Below the pieces are notes generated by a model. The model made no database searches, was not told where the DNA came from, and was given only the letters and a program-made list of their open reading frames with translations. A stretch of 64,000 nucleotides of DNA from Fimbriimonadia bacterium. Its GTDB lineage: Bacteria; Armatimonadota; Fimbriimonadia; Fimbriimonadales; JABRVX01. Below are positions 20,680 to 29,290 of the stretch, piece by piece. The stretch's first letter is position 1. Every line of letters begins with the position of its first letter. The position numbers and the translations under genes are program-made. The stretch covers positions 32,001 to 96,000 of the forward strand of contig JBGPGO010000003.1 of the NCBI GenBank assembly GCA_041483895.1. The letters run 5' to 3'.

Positions 20680-22575
20680 GTGGTGCGGGCACACCCCACG
20701 GTCTTTCTCTTCATGGCGGTTGCTTCCTATGGTCAGGTCGGCAGATTTTCCTCCGCGTTGCCGGTGCGCCTGACCTCTTTCGAAGTCTCGGCGAACGGAT
20801 TTCACATGAGAAACGATTCGTCCAAAACCATGTTCAGCTTCCCATCGAATGGTCGCGTCAGATTTTCACAGCCTGCGGATTGGGTATCGAAAACCGTTCT
20901 CGCGTCCGACCTCCCTGGGGGCCCGCAGAAGCTAAACCTCCGGCTCAACATTCCCGGTTTCGGCGCACTGTTTGGGGAGCAAATGCGGATAACCATACAT
21001 GGAACGGCAATCGGCTATATTACGTGGCCGGAAGGTACCGTTGGCGTTGGCGTGCCTGCCGCCCCAACCGCCCCCTGGTATCTGCTTTCTTTTGCGCCCG
21101 CCGGTCCGATCGTCGCAATTGCGTTTTTGAACCACCCGTCTGAGATTAAACTGGAGAAAGACGCGTCGGGGGACTTGGAGCTTGTTGCCACTCGGCCTGG
21201 CGGCATTGGATGGGTTCGGTTCTTAACGCCATTCGGCAACGCCACAAAGGGCGCGACAACCGCGGCGGAATTCGGCAAAATTTCAACAGATGCCAAGCCC
21301 TTGCTCGATCGGCTCGCCCAATGGCAACCGAATCCGAAACCGACTCCCAAGATAATAGTTCACCTCGGAATCGGTGCGGTGTCGATTATCGAACCTGCCT
21401 CTGATGGATTGTCCATACTGCCTCCGGCCGTCGCGCTTGCCGCATCAAAAGTCCTTGCCAAAGTCTGGTCCGGCGATAAGCAGTTCCAAGCGCCGACCGC
21501 GGAAGGTCCGCTGATATTCTATCGAGGCAGCCTGGAATATGCGATGCCAATCCCGCGAACCGCGCCGATAATTCCGGCCGATCTCTCGCTCGCGGCGGGA
21601 CTGCGCCTGTCCGTGCCGGATGGGAGTTCGGAAAATGCTCTGCTGACTCGATACGTGCTTCGTTCCTACTTGAGTGAAAAAGAATACGAGGAGTTGGCCG
21701 GCCAACTGGCCGCCTCAGCGGCCCACCTGCTCGATGCCGCAAGTTGGCAGACCTGGATCGAGCCCAATTCCGGTTTGCGGCTGCAGAGATTAATGGACGG
21801 TGATGAAAACGTCGTCGAGCGCCATGCGAGAGCAGCCTGCGTATTGTGCGCCGCCGCGCAAATGCGGCCGGATCTGATGACTCCGGCGTTGAGAGATGCC
21901 ATCCGGCGATGCATTAGTGTCGTAATGGCGTTCATGGACTGGGCGATTCTGGCCCCCAGATACAACGATGCCGATCTGTCGGCGGATGCTCTGGGCATGT
22001 GCCTGATGGCAACCGAAATGGCGGCACAGATCGAATGGCGCGACGATCCCTGGGATGGCGAGCTCGCCACGACCGCGGCACGCCTTGCGCTCCACGCCAA
22101 CCTTCGCTTTGCATTCGGGCCATATACAAAGGAAGCAATCATTGCAAATGGCCTCGCGGCCCCCTGCCTGTTGACGACCGTCTGGCAAGGCGGCCGGGTT
22201 CGCTCGGCGATCCATCTCCTCGGACCCGCCGGGAATGAAACTCTCGCGGATCTCGACGGCCGCGGAAAAGACACATCCGTGACGGTGCGAGCATGGGTTG
22301 CGGCCCAAAAGTCTCCGGTGGCTCTTCGTCCCGTTGTCCAAGATCGAATCGAACGATGCGAATTTGACAGCCGAGATCCGAGGGAGTTTCGCGCGGCGAT
22401 GACACCTGGACCGGGTTTCGTATTTCAATTCGGCGCAAAAAAACCTGTGACCAAAGTCGCCATAGATGGTAAGCGGTTAAAGCCGAAAAAGGGCAAATCG
22501 GGGGATTGGTCGGTCTGGGTGCCGGCACTTGCCGAATCGCAGATCCTGACTATCTACTTGCAGACAGGATCGTAG
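20680..22575 (+). CDS. Hypothetical, probably exported protein
   Basis: 631-aa ORF 3 nt after the previous stop; hydrophobic N-terminus; no family recognised. Confidence 0.65.
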   Translation: MVRAHPTVFLFMAVASYGQVGRFSSALPVRLTSFEVSANGFHMRNDSSKTMFSFPSNGRVRFSQPADWVSKTVLASDLPGGPQKLNLRLNIPGFGALFGEQMRITIHGTAIGYITWPEGTVGVGVPAAPTAPWYLLSFAPAGPIVAIAFLNHPSEIKLEKDASGDLELVATRPGGIGWVRFLTPFGNATKGATTAAEFGKISTDAKPLLDRLAQWQPNPKPTPKIIVHLGIGAVSIIEPASDGLSILPPAVALAASKVLAKVWSGDKQFQAPTAEGPLIFYRGSLEYAMPIPRTAPIIPADLSLAAGLRLSVPDGSSENALLTRYVLRSYLSEKEYEELAGQLAASAAHLLDAASWQTWIEPNSGLRLQRLMDGDENVVERHARAACVLCAAAQMRPDLMTPALRDAIRRCISVVMAFMDWAILAPRYNDADLSADALGMCLMATEMAAQIEWRDDPWDGELATTAARLALHANLRFAFGPYTKEAIIANGLAAPCLLTTVWQGGRVRSAIHLLGPAGNETLADLDGRGKDTSVTVRAWVAAQKSPVALRPVVQDRIERCEFDSRDPREFRAAMTPGPGFVFQFGAKKPVTKVAIDGKRLKPKKGKSGDWSVWVPALAESQILTIYLQTGS

Positions 22576-24088
22576 GCCGTTGCCAATGTTCGTCGTCCGG
22601 CAATGGGAAATCTTCATTGAAATGCGTCCCGCGACTCTCGGTGCGCAACAGCGCGCATTCGACAATCGCCTCCGCTGTGGTGACCAGATTTGCGGCCTCA
22701 AATCCGGATATTTCCAGGGGTTCCTGGGCCAGTGCGATCTCGCTGAGACGGGTCTTGGCATCTCGCAGTCCGGCGGTGTGGCGAACAATGCCGACCTCAT
22801 CCCACATCAGTTGCTGTACCACATCCCGGACGGCATCCGCGTCTCTCACGGAGAAAATATTCGGTTCGGGCACTTTCCCAACATCCATAGCAGGTTGATT
22901 GGCAGCCTGCTGCGCTGCGCGTTCGCCAAACACCAACGCCTCGAGAAGGGAGTTGCTGGCCAGCCGATTCGCGCCGTGCAGTCCGGTGTATGCAACCTCC
23001 CCGGCGGCAAACAGGCGCGGGATGCTTGTGGCCGCGTCGTGGTCGGTCCAAACGCCCCCGCACAGATAGTGGGCGGCCGGCGCAACGGGAATTTTCTCCT
23101 GCGTAATATCGAGTCCGATGGACAGGCATCGCTCGTAGATGCCGGGATAATCGCGGCGAATCTTGTCCGAACCAATCTTCGTCATGTCCAAGAATACGCA
23201 CGACTCTCCCGTCCGCTTCATTTCTTTCGCAATCGCGCGCGACACGATATCTCGCGGCGCCAACTCGGCCAACGGATGGATGCCCACCATGAACCGCTCT
23301 CCGGTTGAATTGTGGAGCGTCGCGCCGTCGCCTCTCGCGCGTTCTGAGATCAGAAATGAACGCGCCGACGGATGCGCGAGGGCCGTTGGGTGGAATTGGA
23401 TGAACTCCATATTCGCTACGTCCGCGCCGGCTCTTCTCGCAATCGCGATCCCATCGCCCGTGGCGATCGGCGGATTCGTAGTATAGCGGTAGACCCTGCC
23501 GCAACCGCCGCATGCCAAGACTGTGGCGCGAGCGAGAACAGGGTGCAGGCGCTTGGACCGGCTTTCAAACAGCCATGCGCCGACGCACGCCCCATCGACC
23601 ATGATCAGATCGACGGCGCTGCAGTATTCCAAAATAGAAATCCGATCGCAGGCATGCGTTGCGGATACCAAGGCGCGCTCGATCTCGCGGCCCGTGTGAT
23701 CCGCGCTATGGATGATCCGGTCTCGGCTGTGCCCACCCTCCCTGCCGAGAAGAATTTGCGGCAGTCCTTCCGTACTGCCGGACTGATCAAATTCTGCCCC
23801 AAGATCGATCAGCCACCGAACGAGTCGCGGCCCCTCCTGGGTGACCATCCTTACCACTACCGGATCGCAGATACCGGCACCGGCAACCAGCGTGTCTTGT
23901 TCATGAAGCTGCCAGGAGTCATCCTCGCCAATCGACGCCGCGATGCCACCCTGCGCGTAGGCCGTATTCGATTCGGGAAGGTCCTTCTTCGTGGCCACCG
24001 CAATGGAACCGGATTCTTGTGCCTTCAGAGCAAACGTGAGTCCGGCAATGCCGCTTCCGATTACCAGAAAATCAACTTGGTCAATCAC
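22550..24088 (-). CDS. nadB: L-aspartate oxidase
   Basis: VIGSGIAGL, SNT.YAQGGIA, REGGHS..RI.H, EFIQFHPT, LAPRDIV, PAAHY.CGG, GLHGANRLASNSLLE, ESRG.H. Confidence 0.97.
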   Translation of the reverse strand: MIDQVDFLVIGSGIAGLTFALKAQESGSIAVATKKDLPESNTAYAQGGIAASIGEDDSWQLHEQDTLVAGAGICDPVVVRMVTQEGPRLVRWLIDLGAEFDQSGSTEGLPQILLGREGGHSRDRIIHSADHTGREIERALVSATHACDRISILEYCSAVDLIMVDGACVGAWLFESRSKRLHPVLARATVLACGGCGRVYRYTTNPPIATGDGIAIARRAGADVANMEFIQFHPTALAHPSARSFLISERARGDGATLHNSTGERFMVGIHPLAELAPRDIVSRAIAKEMKRTGESCVFLDMTKIGSDKIRRDYPGIYERCLSIGLDITQEKIPVAPAAHYLCGGVWTDHDAATSIPRLFAAGEVAYTGLHGANRLASNSLLEALVFGERAAQQAANQPAMDVGKVPEPNIFSVRDADAVRDVVQQLMWDEVGIVRHTAGLRDAKTRLSEIALAQEPLEISGFEAANLVTTAEAIVECALLRTESRGTHFNEDFPLPDDEHWQRPTILSASR

Positions 24089-24726
24089 GAATGATCATCC
24101 GATGGGCCCGCGTGGAAAGAAAGCACCGCCAGCTCCTGCAAAAAGGATACGTCGCGGACGAAGATGTTGGCCGCCATCTTGATGTGAGTGGGCGCGAAGT
24201 TCAATATGAGATCCATTCCCGCTCGAACGCAATGCTCCGCGACCTCCTGTGCGGCGCTCGACGGAACCGCCAGGATCGCGATCCGCGCCCCGATCTCCCT
24301 GTTGACCGACTCCAAATCATTGATATCCAGAATCTCCGTATCCCAAAGCTTTCGACCAATTTTCGCGAAGTTATTGTCGAAAACCGCCCTGATTTCGAAA
24401 TTGTGCTCCGCCATGCCAGGGTATCCGACGAGGGCGGCGCCGAGGTTGCCCGCGCCGATAAGGACGACCGGCTGGGGGGAATCGATACGAAGGATTCGGG
24501 CAATCTTTCTTTGCAGAGAGGCCACGTCGTACCCCACGCCGGGTTTGCCGAACATCCCGAAATAGGACAGGTCCTTGCGAAATTGCGAGGCGTCAACGCC
24601 CGTGCATACCTCAACTTCCGCGGATGAGATTGTCGCGCTGCCGTTGGAGGACAGTTCGACCAACATCCTCATGTAGGTGGCGAGGCGTTCGAGCGTTGGT
24701 ATCGGTACCTTGGGCGGAGATGGCAT
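24085..24726 (-). CDS. rex: Redox-sensing transcriptional repressor Rex
   Basis: PTLERL..Y, ISS.E, QFRKDLSYFG.FG..G.GY, IGAGNLG.AL..Y, ILNFAP. Confidence 0.95.
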   Translation of the reverse strand: MPSPPKVPIPTLERLATYMRMLVELSSNGSATISSAEVEVCTGVDASQFRKDLSYFGMFGKPGVGYDVASLQRKIARILRIDSPQPVVLIGAGNLGAALVGYPGMAEHNFEIRAVFDNNFAKIGRKLWDTEILDINDLESVNREIGARIAILAVPSSAAQEVAEHCVRAGMDLILNFAPTHIKMAANIFVRDVSFLQELAVLSFHAGPSDDHS

Positions 24727-24844
24727 TCGGTGCATTCCTGAGCAACTAATTGCAGAAAATTCTACCTGCCTTTGTGCAATTTGGATCAAAGTTTGGGCTA
24801 ACTTCAGGTTCCAGACAGCGGAAACTACCTTAAAGATATTTAAC

Positions 24845-24873
24845 TTGCCCGAAGCATGCCCCCATGTTATACT
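24845..24873 (+). promoter_or_regulatory. Sigma70-type promoter divergent from rex
   Basis: TTGCCC (24845-50), 17-bp spacer, TATACT (24868-73) with extended -10 TG. Confidence 0.55.
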
Positions 24874-24987
24874 TCTCTATGCCGTGCGACCGGCAATGCT
24901 GCGAATTTTAGGGGGTTTCTCCGGCGTTCGGCGACTATCTGGCCAGTAGTTGGCTAGCTATTTGCACGTTAGAGGAAGGGCATTGAA

Positions 24988-25476
24988 ATGATCATCACCG
25001 CTTTGCGGCGCAATATTGCGTTAAGCCCGATGGAGGCCCAGGGGTCTGGTGGAAACCAGGTATTGGCATCCCCTGGCCAGATGCCGATCACAATCGTACC
25101 CACGACGGAAGTGACCCAGTTCTCCTCCGGTGTGTTGCTCAGAACCACCTATAATTCCGAATCAACCGCGGTCAAGACTCTTTCCTGGTACTGTGGAAAC
25201 TGCTATCCGGACAAGCAAATCTACATCAAATGGTCGGTAGCTCCCACCGGCGGCACAAAGTATTATTTGAAAGTCCAGTGGTGCCCGTGGGATTCGAGCG
25301 TGGATGCCGATTGGGTCGACGATGGACCTAACCCAATCACATTCGACGCTTCGGCCGCCGCTGCGCGACTGATCATTCAAGCCAACAGATACGGCATGTA
25401 TCTGCGGCTTAAGGTGTGGCAGAACGGGCCGGTTGACCTTACGTTCGACGCATTTGGTTTGGGTAAGTGGAGTTAG
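24988..25476 (+). CDS. Hypothetical beta-rich protein (162 aa)
   Basis: RBS-like GAGGAAGG; stop 3 nt before the next ATG; its last 10 codons are conserved in the duplicated copy. Confidence 0.7.
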   Translation: MIITALRRNIALSPMEAQGSGGNQVLASPGQMPITIVPTTEVTQFSSGVLLRTTYNSESTAVKTLSWYCGNCYPDKQIYIKWSVAPTGGTKYYLKVQWCPWDSSVDADWVDDGPNPITFDASAAAARLIIQANRYGMYLRLKVWQNGPVDLTFDAFGLGKWS

Positions 25477-25479
25477 GCC

Positions 25480-27108
25480 ATGGCCGGCAGTGGAATCTGC
25501 GTGGTCATGCCGTTTCGGCTTGGGTTTCGAGAGAACTGGAGAACGCCGAATGTCAAGGCGATGTGGCTCACCCTGAAGCGATTGCTGGAGGGACGGGGAG
25601 CATCCGGGTTCGATGTTTGCGATCTCGATGATGTTCCGTTCCGCAGGTCTCTGACAGCGACCAGCAGGGAAGTGAGTGAAAGGATCTATCCGAACGCGCC
25701 CTACCACTCTTACATCTACCCCTATTTCGATTATTTCGGCGGGCTGGATGATAGCACACACATGACTATGCGGCCGGTGAGCCTGCCGCAGCAATGGGTG
25801 AACGATCTCAACTCGCCGGACGATGTGCATCATTACGTCTTCGGATACATGACTCCAGACGACCTTCATCATTTCTGGCCGGACGGTTCGGACGGACCGG
25901 GGCTCTTCGCCGGAAACGGTTCGACAGCGTATTACCCGACCGTTGAAGCGCCGGTGACGTGCACGATCGGCAATCAGACAGCGTCGGCCTTTTCCGGCAC
26001 CATGAGAGTCACTGTGCCGGCAATTCCGGCCTCAGTAGTGCCGATCTTAATAAACGCTGACGGTGGCATTGGAGCATGGACCTATCGGCAAAAGTGGCAC
26101 TATTGGTGCGGGCTGCACACAAACGATAACTTCTGGTATACCGCTCCTTGGTACACATTCCTCCTCGGCACCCTTGCACACATCACCAAGGTCCGGCATA
26201 AGGACATCACCACGAATCGCATTCGCGTTTGGATTGATGTCGATGATCTGTGCCGAAACGGAATTACAAACTGGTATCAAAGGGGTGAGGGCGATCCGAA
26301 TGGCATTGTTCGGTTCGCCAATGCCGCCTATGTAAAGGGCTTTGGACGCCCGAATCTTTGCGTCGAGTCGACCCTGCCGTCTCTGCAGGGCAGTCCCAAT
26401 TTGGTGAATACCATCCGAACTCTGGCTATTCAGGGACTCGCTCAAGTCAATCCCCATTGCCACGAATCCCCCTACAAAGACATCATTGATTTCTTGGCAA
26501 TCGATACGGAAGCAAAGGGTGTTGCCTACCTTAGACAGGCCTGGAAGGCACTGGAATCTTTTGGGATTCCGGTCTACAGGAAGTATCTCTCCGGACCTGG
26601 AAACGCCGTTACCGAGCCGTTTATGCGCGCTGCGGCCTCCATGGGAGTTCAGCTCATGCGGGGTGGAGACTGGGTAGCGAAGTATCAAGGCAGCGTGCAG
26701 CCGATGCATGTTGGTTGCACTTCCCGCGTTCCACGGCTTCAGTCGTACACCGGTTTGCCAATGTGGCGGACGGGAAAATACACAGGTTTGTACGTTGATG
26801 GCGCCGCGGTGCCGTACACGTGGGCCACTCTTGCGGCAAAGTCCCAATGGCCGGTAGACAAGTGCCGTTCGAATATGCTGTCGTTCGAATTCATGGAGAT
26901 TTTGTTCGGCTCAGACCGGATCGAAACTCACGGATTCACAGATCGAACCCACTGCCAGCCGTCGGCCCATCTTGTCTTTCACCCAAACGCTCTTTATGAT
27001 GACAACTGCGGTATCGACATCCTCGACTGGCTCTCCCAATGGAACAAAATATATCCTTACTACGAGGGCGAAGACGATGCGGTCCGATTCGCCACTTGTG
27101 GCAGCTAA
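25480..27108 (+). CDS. Putative polysaccharide deacetylase-like (NodB/CE4-fold, DUF2334-like) protein, copy A
   Basis: IRVWIDVDD, NPHCHE, YLSGPGN and LVFHP in the order of CE4-type motifs. Confidence 0.6.
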   Translation: MAGSGICVVMPFRLGFRENWRTPNVKAMWLTLKRLLEGRGASGFDVCDLDDVPFRRSLTATSREVSERIYPNAPYHSYIYPYFDYFGGLDDSTHMTMRPVSLPQQWVNDLNSPDDVHHYVFGYMTPDDLHHFWPDGSDGPGLFAGNGSTAYYPTVEAPVTCTIGNQTASAFSGTMRVTVPAIPASVVPILINADGGIGAWTYRQKWHYWCGLHTNDNFWYTAPWYTFLLGTLAHITKVRHKDITTNRIRVWIDVDDLCRNGITNWYQRGEGDPNGIVRFANAAYVKGFGRPNLCVESTLPSLQGSPNLVNTIRTLAIQGLAQVNPHCHESPYKDIIDFLAIDTEAKGVAYLRQAWKALESFGIPVYRKYLSGPGNAVTEPFMRAAASMGVQLMRGGDWVAKYQGSVQPMHVGCTSRVPRLQSYTGLPMWRTGKYTGLYVDGAAVPYTWATLAAKSQWPVDKCRSNMLSFEFMEILFGSDRIETHGFTDRTHCQPSAHLVFHPNALYDDNCGIDILDWLSQWNKIYPYYEGEDDAVRFATCGS

Positions 27109-27254
27109 CAGCCTAGCGTTGTAAGCCGAACAACTATTGTGCCATGGATTCTCATGGCTTCGCCGCTTCGAGCATGGAAGCATATGAGGAGAAGCACGGA
27201 TGTCGACGGTCCAAATTTGTTATAGAACTGCCAGGTGCATAACGGAGTGATACG

Positions 27255-27512
27255 ATGAAATGGAATCTCGGAACGAAGTCTACGGTTTTCGTCGTCACGG
27301 CGGCGGCGTTAGGGGGCATTTTCCTGGCGTTTGCTCCGGAACCAAGCAGGGAAAAACCGGCCTCGGCGAAGCCAATCGGCAACGTCGAACCCGGATTCTG
27401 CCTTTCCCGCCACGGCGGCGCCGGCTTTGTCGTCGCGCCGGCGGACGGTGGCACCAAGTCCCTTTTCGTTTACGTCCCGTTCGATGCCTATGGCCTAGGC
27501 AAGTGGAGCTAG
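27255..27512 (+). CDS. Chimeric 85-aa ORF at the duplication junction (cytochrome N-terminus + tail of the 162-aa ORF); possibly a pseudogene fragment
   Basis: Residues 1-72 match the 29291 protein but CLSCH has become CLSRH; ends FDAYGLGKWS versus FDAFGLGKWS in 24988..25476. Confidence 0.7.
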   Translation: MKWNLGTKSTVFVVTAAALGGIFLAFAPEPSREKPASAKPIGNVEPGFCLSRHGGAGFVVAPADGGTKSLFVYVPFDAYGLGKWS

Positions 27513-27515
27513 GCC

Positions 27516-29144
27516 ATGGCCGGCAGTGGAATATGCGTTGTTCTGCCGTTCAGGATAGGGTTTAAGCAAGACGGGCGGTCCCCGAATACTCGGGTCCAAT
27601 GGCTGACCCTATCGCGCATGCTCAAAGGACGCGGCGCATCGGGATTCGATGTCTGTGACTTGACTGAAGTGCCGTTCAGGCGTTCGCTGACCGCTACCAG
27701 CCGGGAAGTTGTAGACGGTATCTATCCAAATGCGCCCTATCACTCCTACATCTACCCCTATTTTGGCTACTACGGCGGTTTGGACGACGGGACTCACATC
27801 ACAATGCGCCCGATCAGTGTCCCACAGCAGTGGGTCAACGATCTGAATTCTCCGAGCGACGTTCATCATTACGTGTTCGGATACATGTTGCCGGACGATC
27901 TTCACCAAATATGGCCCGACGGCTCGGATGGTCCAGGCCTGTTTTCCGGCACCGGCGCGACCACCTACTACTCCAACGATGAGGAGGCGATGACCATTTC
28001 GGCTGGAGGGCAGACTGCGGTCACCTATTCCGGGGCGCTGAAGATTAGCGTTCCTACTATGCCTGCAACGGTCTTGCCGATCATGACGAGCGGGACCGGG
28101 GGCATCGGCGCATGGACCTATCGGGGCAAGTGGCACTATTGGTGCGGACTATATCCGCCTGCCAGCTTTTTCTTTGCCGTGCCTTGGTATGCATTCCTCC
28201 TTTGGAGCCTTGCCCACATCACAAAGGTCCGCCACAAGGACCTGAAGACAAATCGCATCCGTGTCTGGATCGATGTCGATGACCTGTGTCGAAGTGGCGT
28301 CGTGTCTTGGTACCAAAAGGGAGAACAGGACCCGCATGGGATTGAACGTTTTGCGCAGGCAGCTTTTCAAAGAGGATTTGGCTTGCCGAATCTTGCGACA
28401 GAGGCCGTTTTGCCATCGCTCCAAGGCAGTCCGAATCTGGTCAACATGATCAAGACACTGTGTTATCAAGGGTTGGTACGTGTCCATCCTCACTCTCACG
28501 AATCGCCGTACGGCAACATCATCGATTTTCTCTCCATCGACACCGAGGAAAAGGGCTTACAGTACTTGCGCCAAAGCTGGGACTCGCTCGCTTACATGGG
28601 GATCCCGGTTTACAAGAAATACTTAAGCTGCCCAGGGAATGTCGTCAGAGAACCGTTCATGCGGGCGGCAGCGTCCATGGGGGTGCAATTGGTACGCGGT
28701 GGCGATTGGGTCGCCAGCTATACCGGAAGCGTGCAACCTATGCATATAGGCGCCACTTCGCCGCTCCGTCGATTTGCTTCCGGGATCGGCAACAATATGT
28801 GGCGGACAGGTAAGTATACTGGACTTGGAGTTGATACTGCCAACCATCCTTTCACTTGGGAGAACCTTGGGATCAAGTCTAATTGGCAAGAAGGAAGGAT
28901 GCGCGCGGACACCCTGTCTGCTCACTTCCGCGAAATCCTTTTCGGTTCAGACCGAATCGAGGCACATGGTTTCCCGGATCGAACCCATTGCCAGCCGTCG
29001 GCCCATCTTGTCTTTCATCCGAGCGCCCTTTACGACGACAATTGCGGCATCGACGTCCTCGAATGGCTCTACCAATGGAACAAACTATATCCCTATTTCG
29101 AGGGAGAGAGCGACGTGGTGCGATTCGCCACCTGCGGCAGCTAA
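27516..29144 (+). CDS. Putative polysaccharide deacetylase-like protein, copy B
   Basis: 542 aa, same length as copy A; same motifs (IDVDD, HPHSHE, CPGN, LVFHP). Confidence 0.6.
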   Translation: MAGSGICVVLPFRIGFKQDGRSPNTRVQWLTLSRMLKGRGASGFDVCDLTEVPFRRSLTATSREVVDGIYPNAPYHSYIYPYFGYYGGLDDGTHITMRPISVPQQWVNDLNSPSDVHHYVFGYMLPDDLHQIWPDGSDGPGLFSGTGATTYYSNDEEAMTISAGGQTAVTYSGALKISVPTMPATVLPIMTSGTGGIGAWTYRGKWHYWCGLYPPASFFFAVPWYAFLLWSLAHITKVRHKDLKTNRIRVWIDVDDLCRSGVVSWYQKGEQDPHGIERFAQAAFQRGFGLPNLATEAVLPSLQGSPNLVNMIKTLCYQGLVRVHPHSHESPYGNIIDFLSIDTEEKGLQYLRQSWDSLAYMGIPVYKKYLSCPGNVVREPFMRAAASMGVQLVRGGDWVASYTGSVQPMHIGATSPLRRFASGIGNNMWRTGKYTGLGVDTANHPFTWENLGIKSNWQEGRMRADTLSAHFREILFGSDRIEAHGFPDRTHCQPSAHLVFHPSALYDDNCGIDVLEWLYQWNKLYPYFEGESDVVRFATCGS

Positions 29145-29290
29145 CCGCCTAGCATTGTAATCCGAATAACTCTTGTGCCATGGATTCTAATAGCTTCTCC
29201 GCTTCGCGCATTCAAGCATAATAAGAAAAGCACGGAAGTTGGCGGTCTAAACTTGTAACAGATCCGCCAAGTGCATAACGGAGTTTTGCG

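Noticed and set aside
24771..24790. TTGTGCAATTTGGATCAA as a Rex operator
   Set aside because: Only the left half resembles TTGTGAA-N4-TTCACAA; too weak to call.
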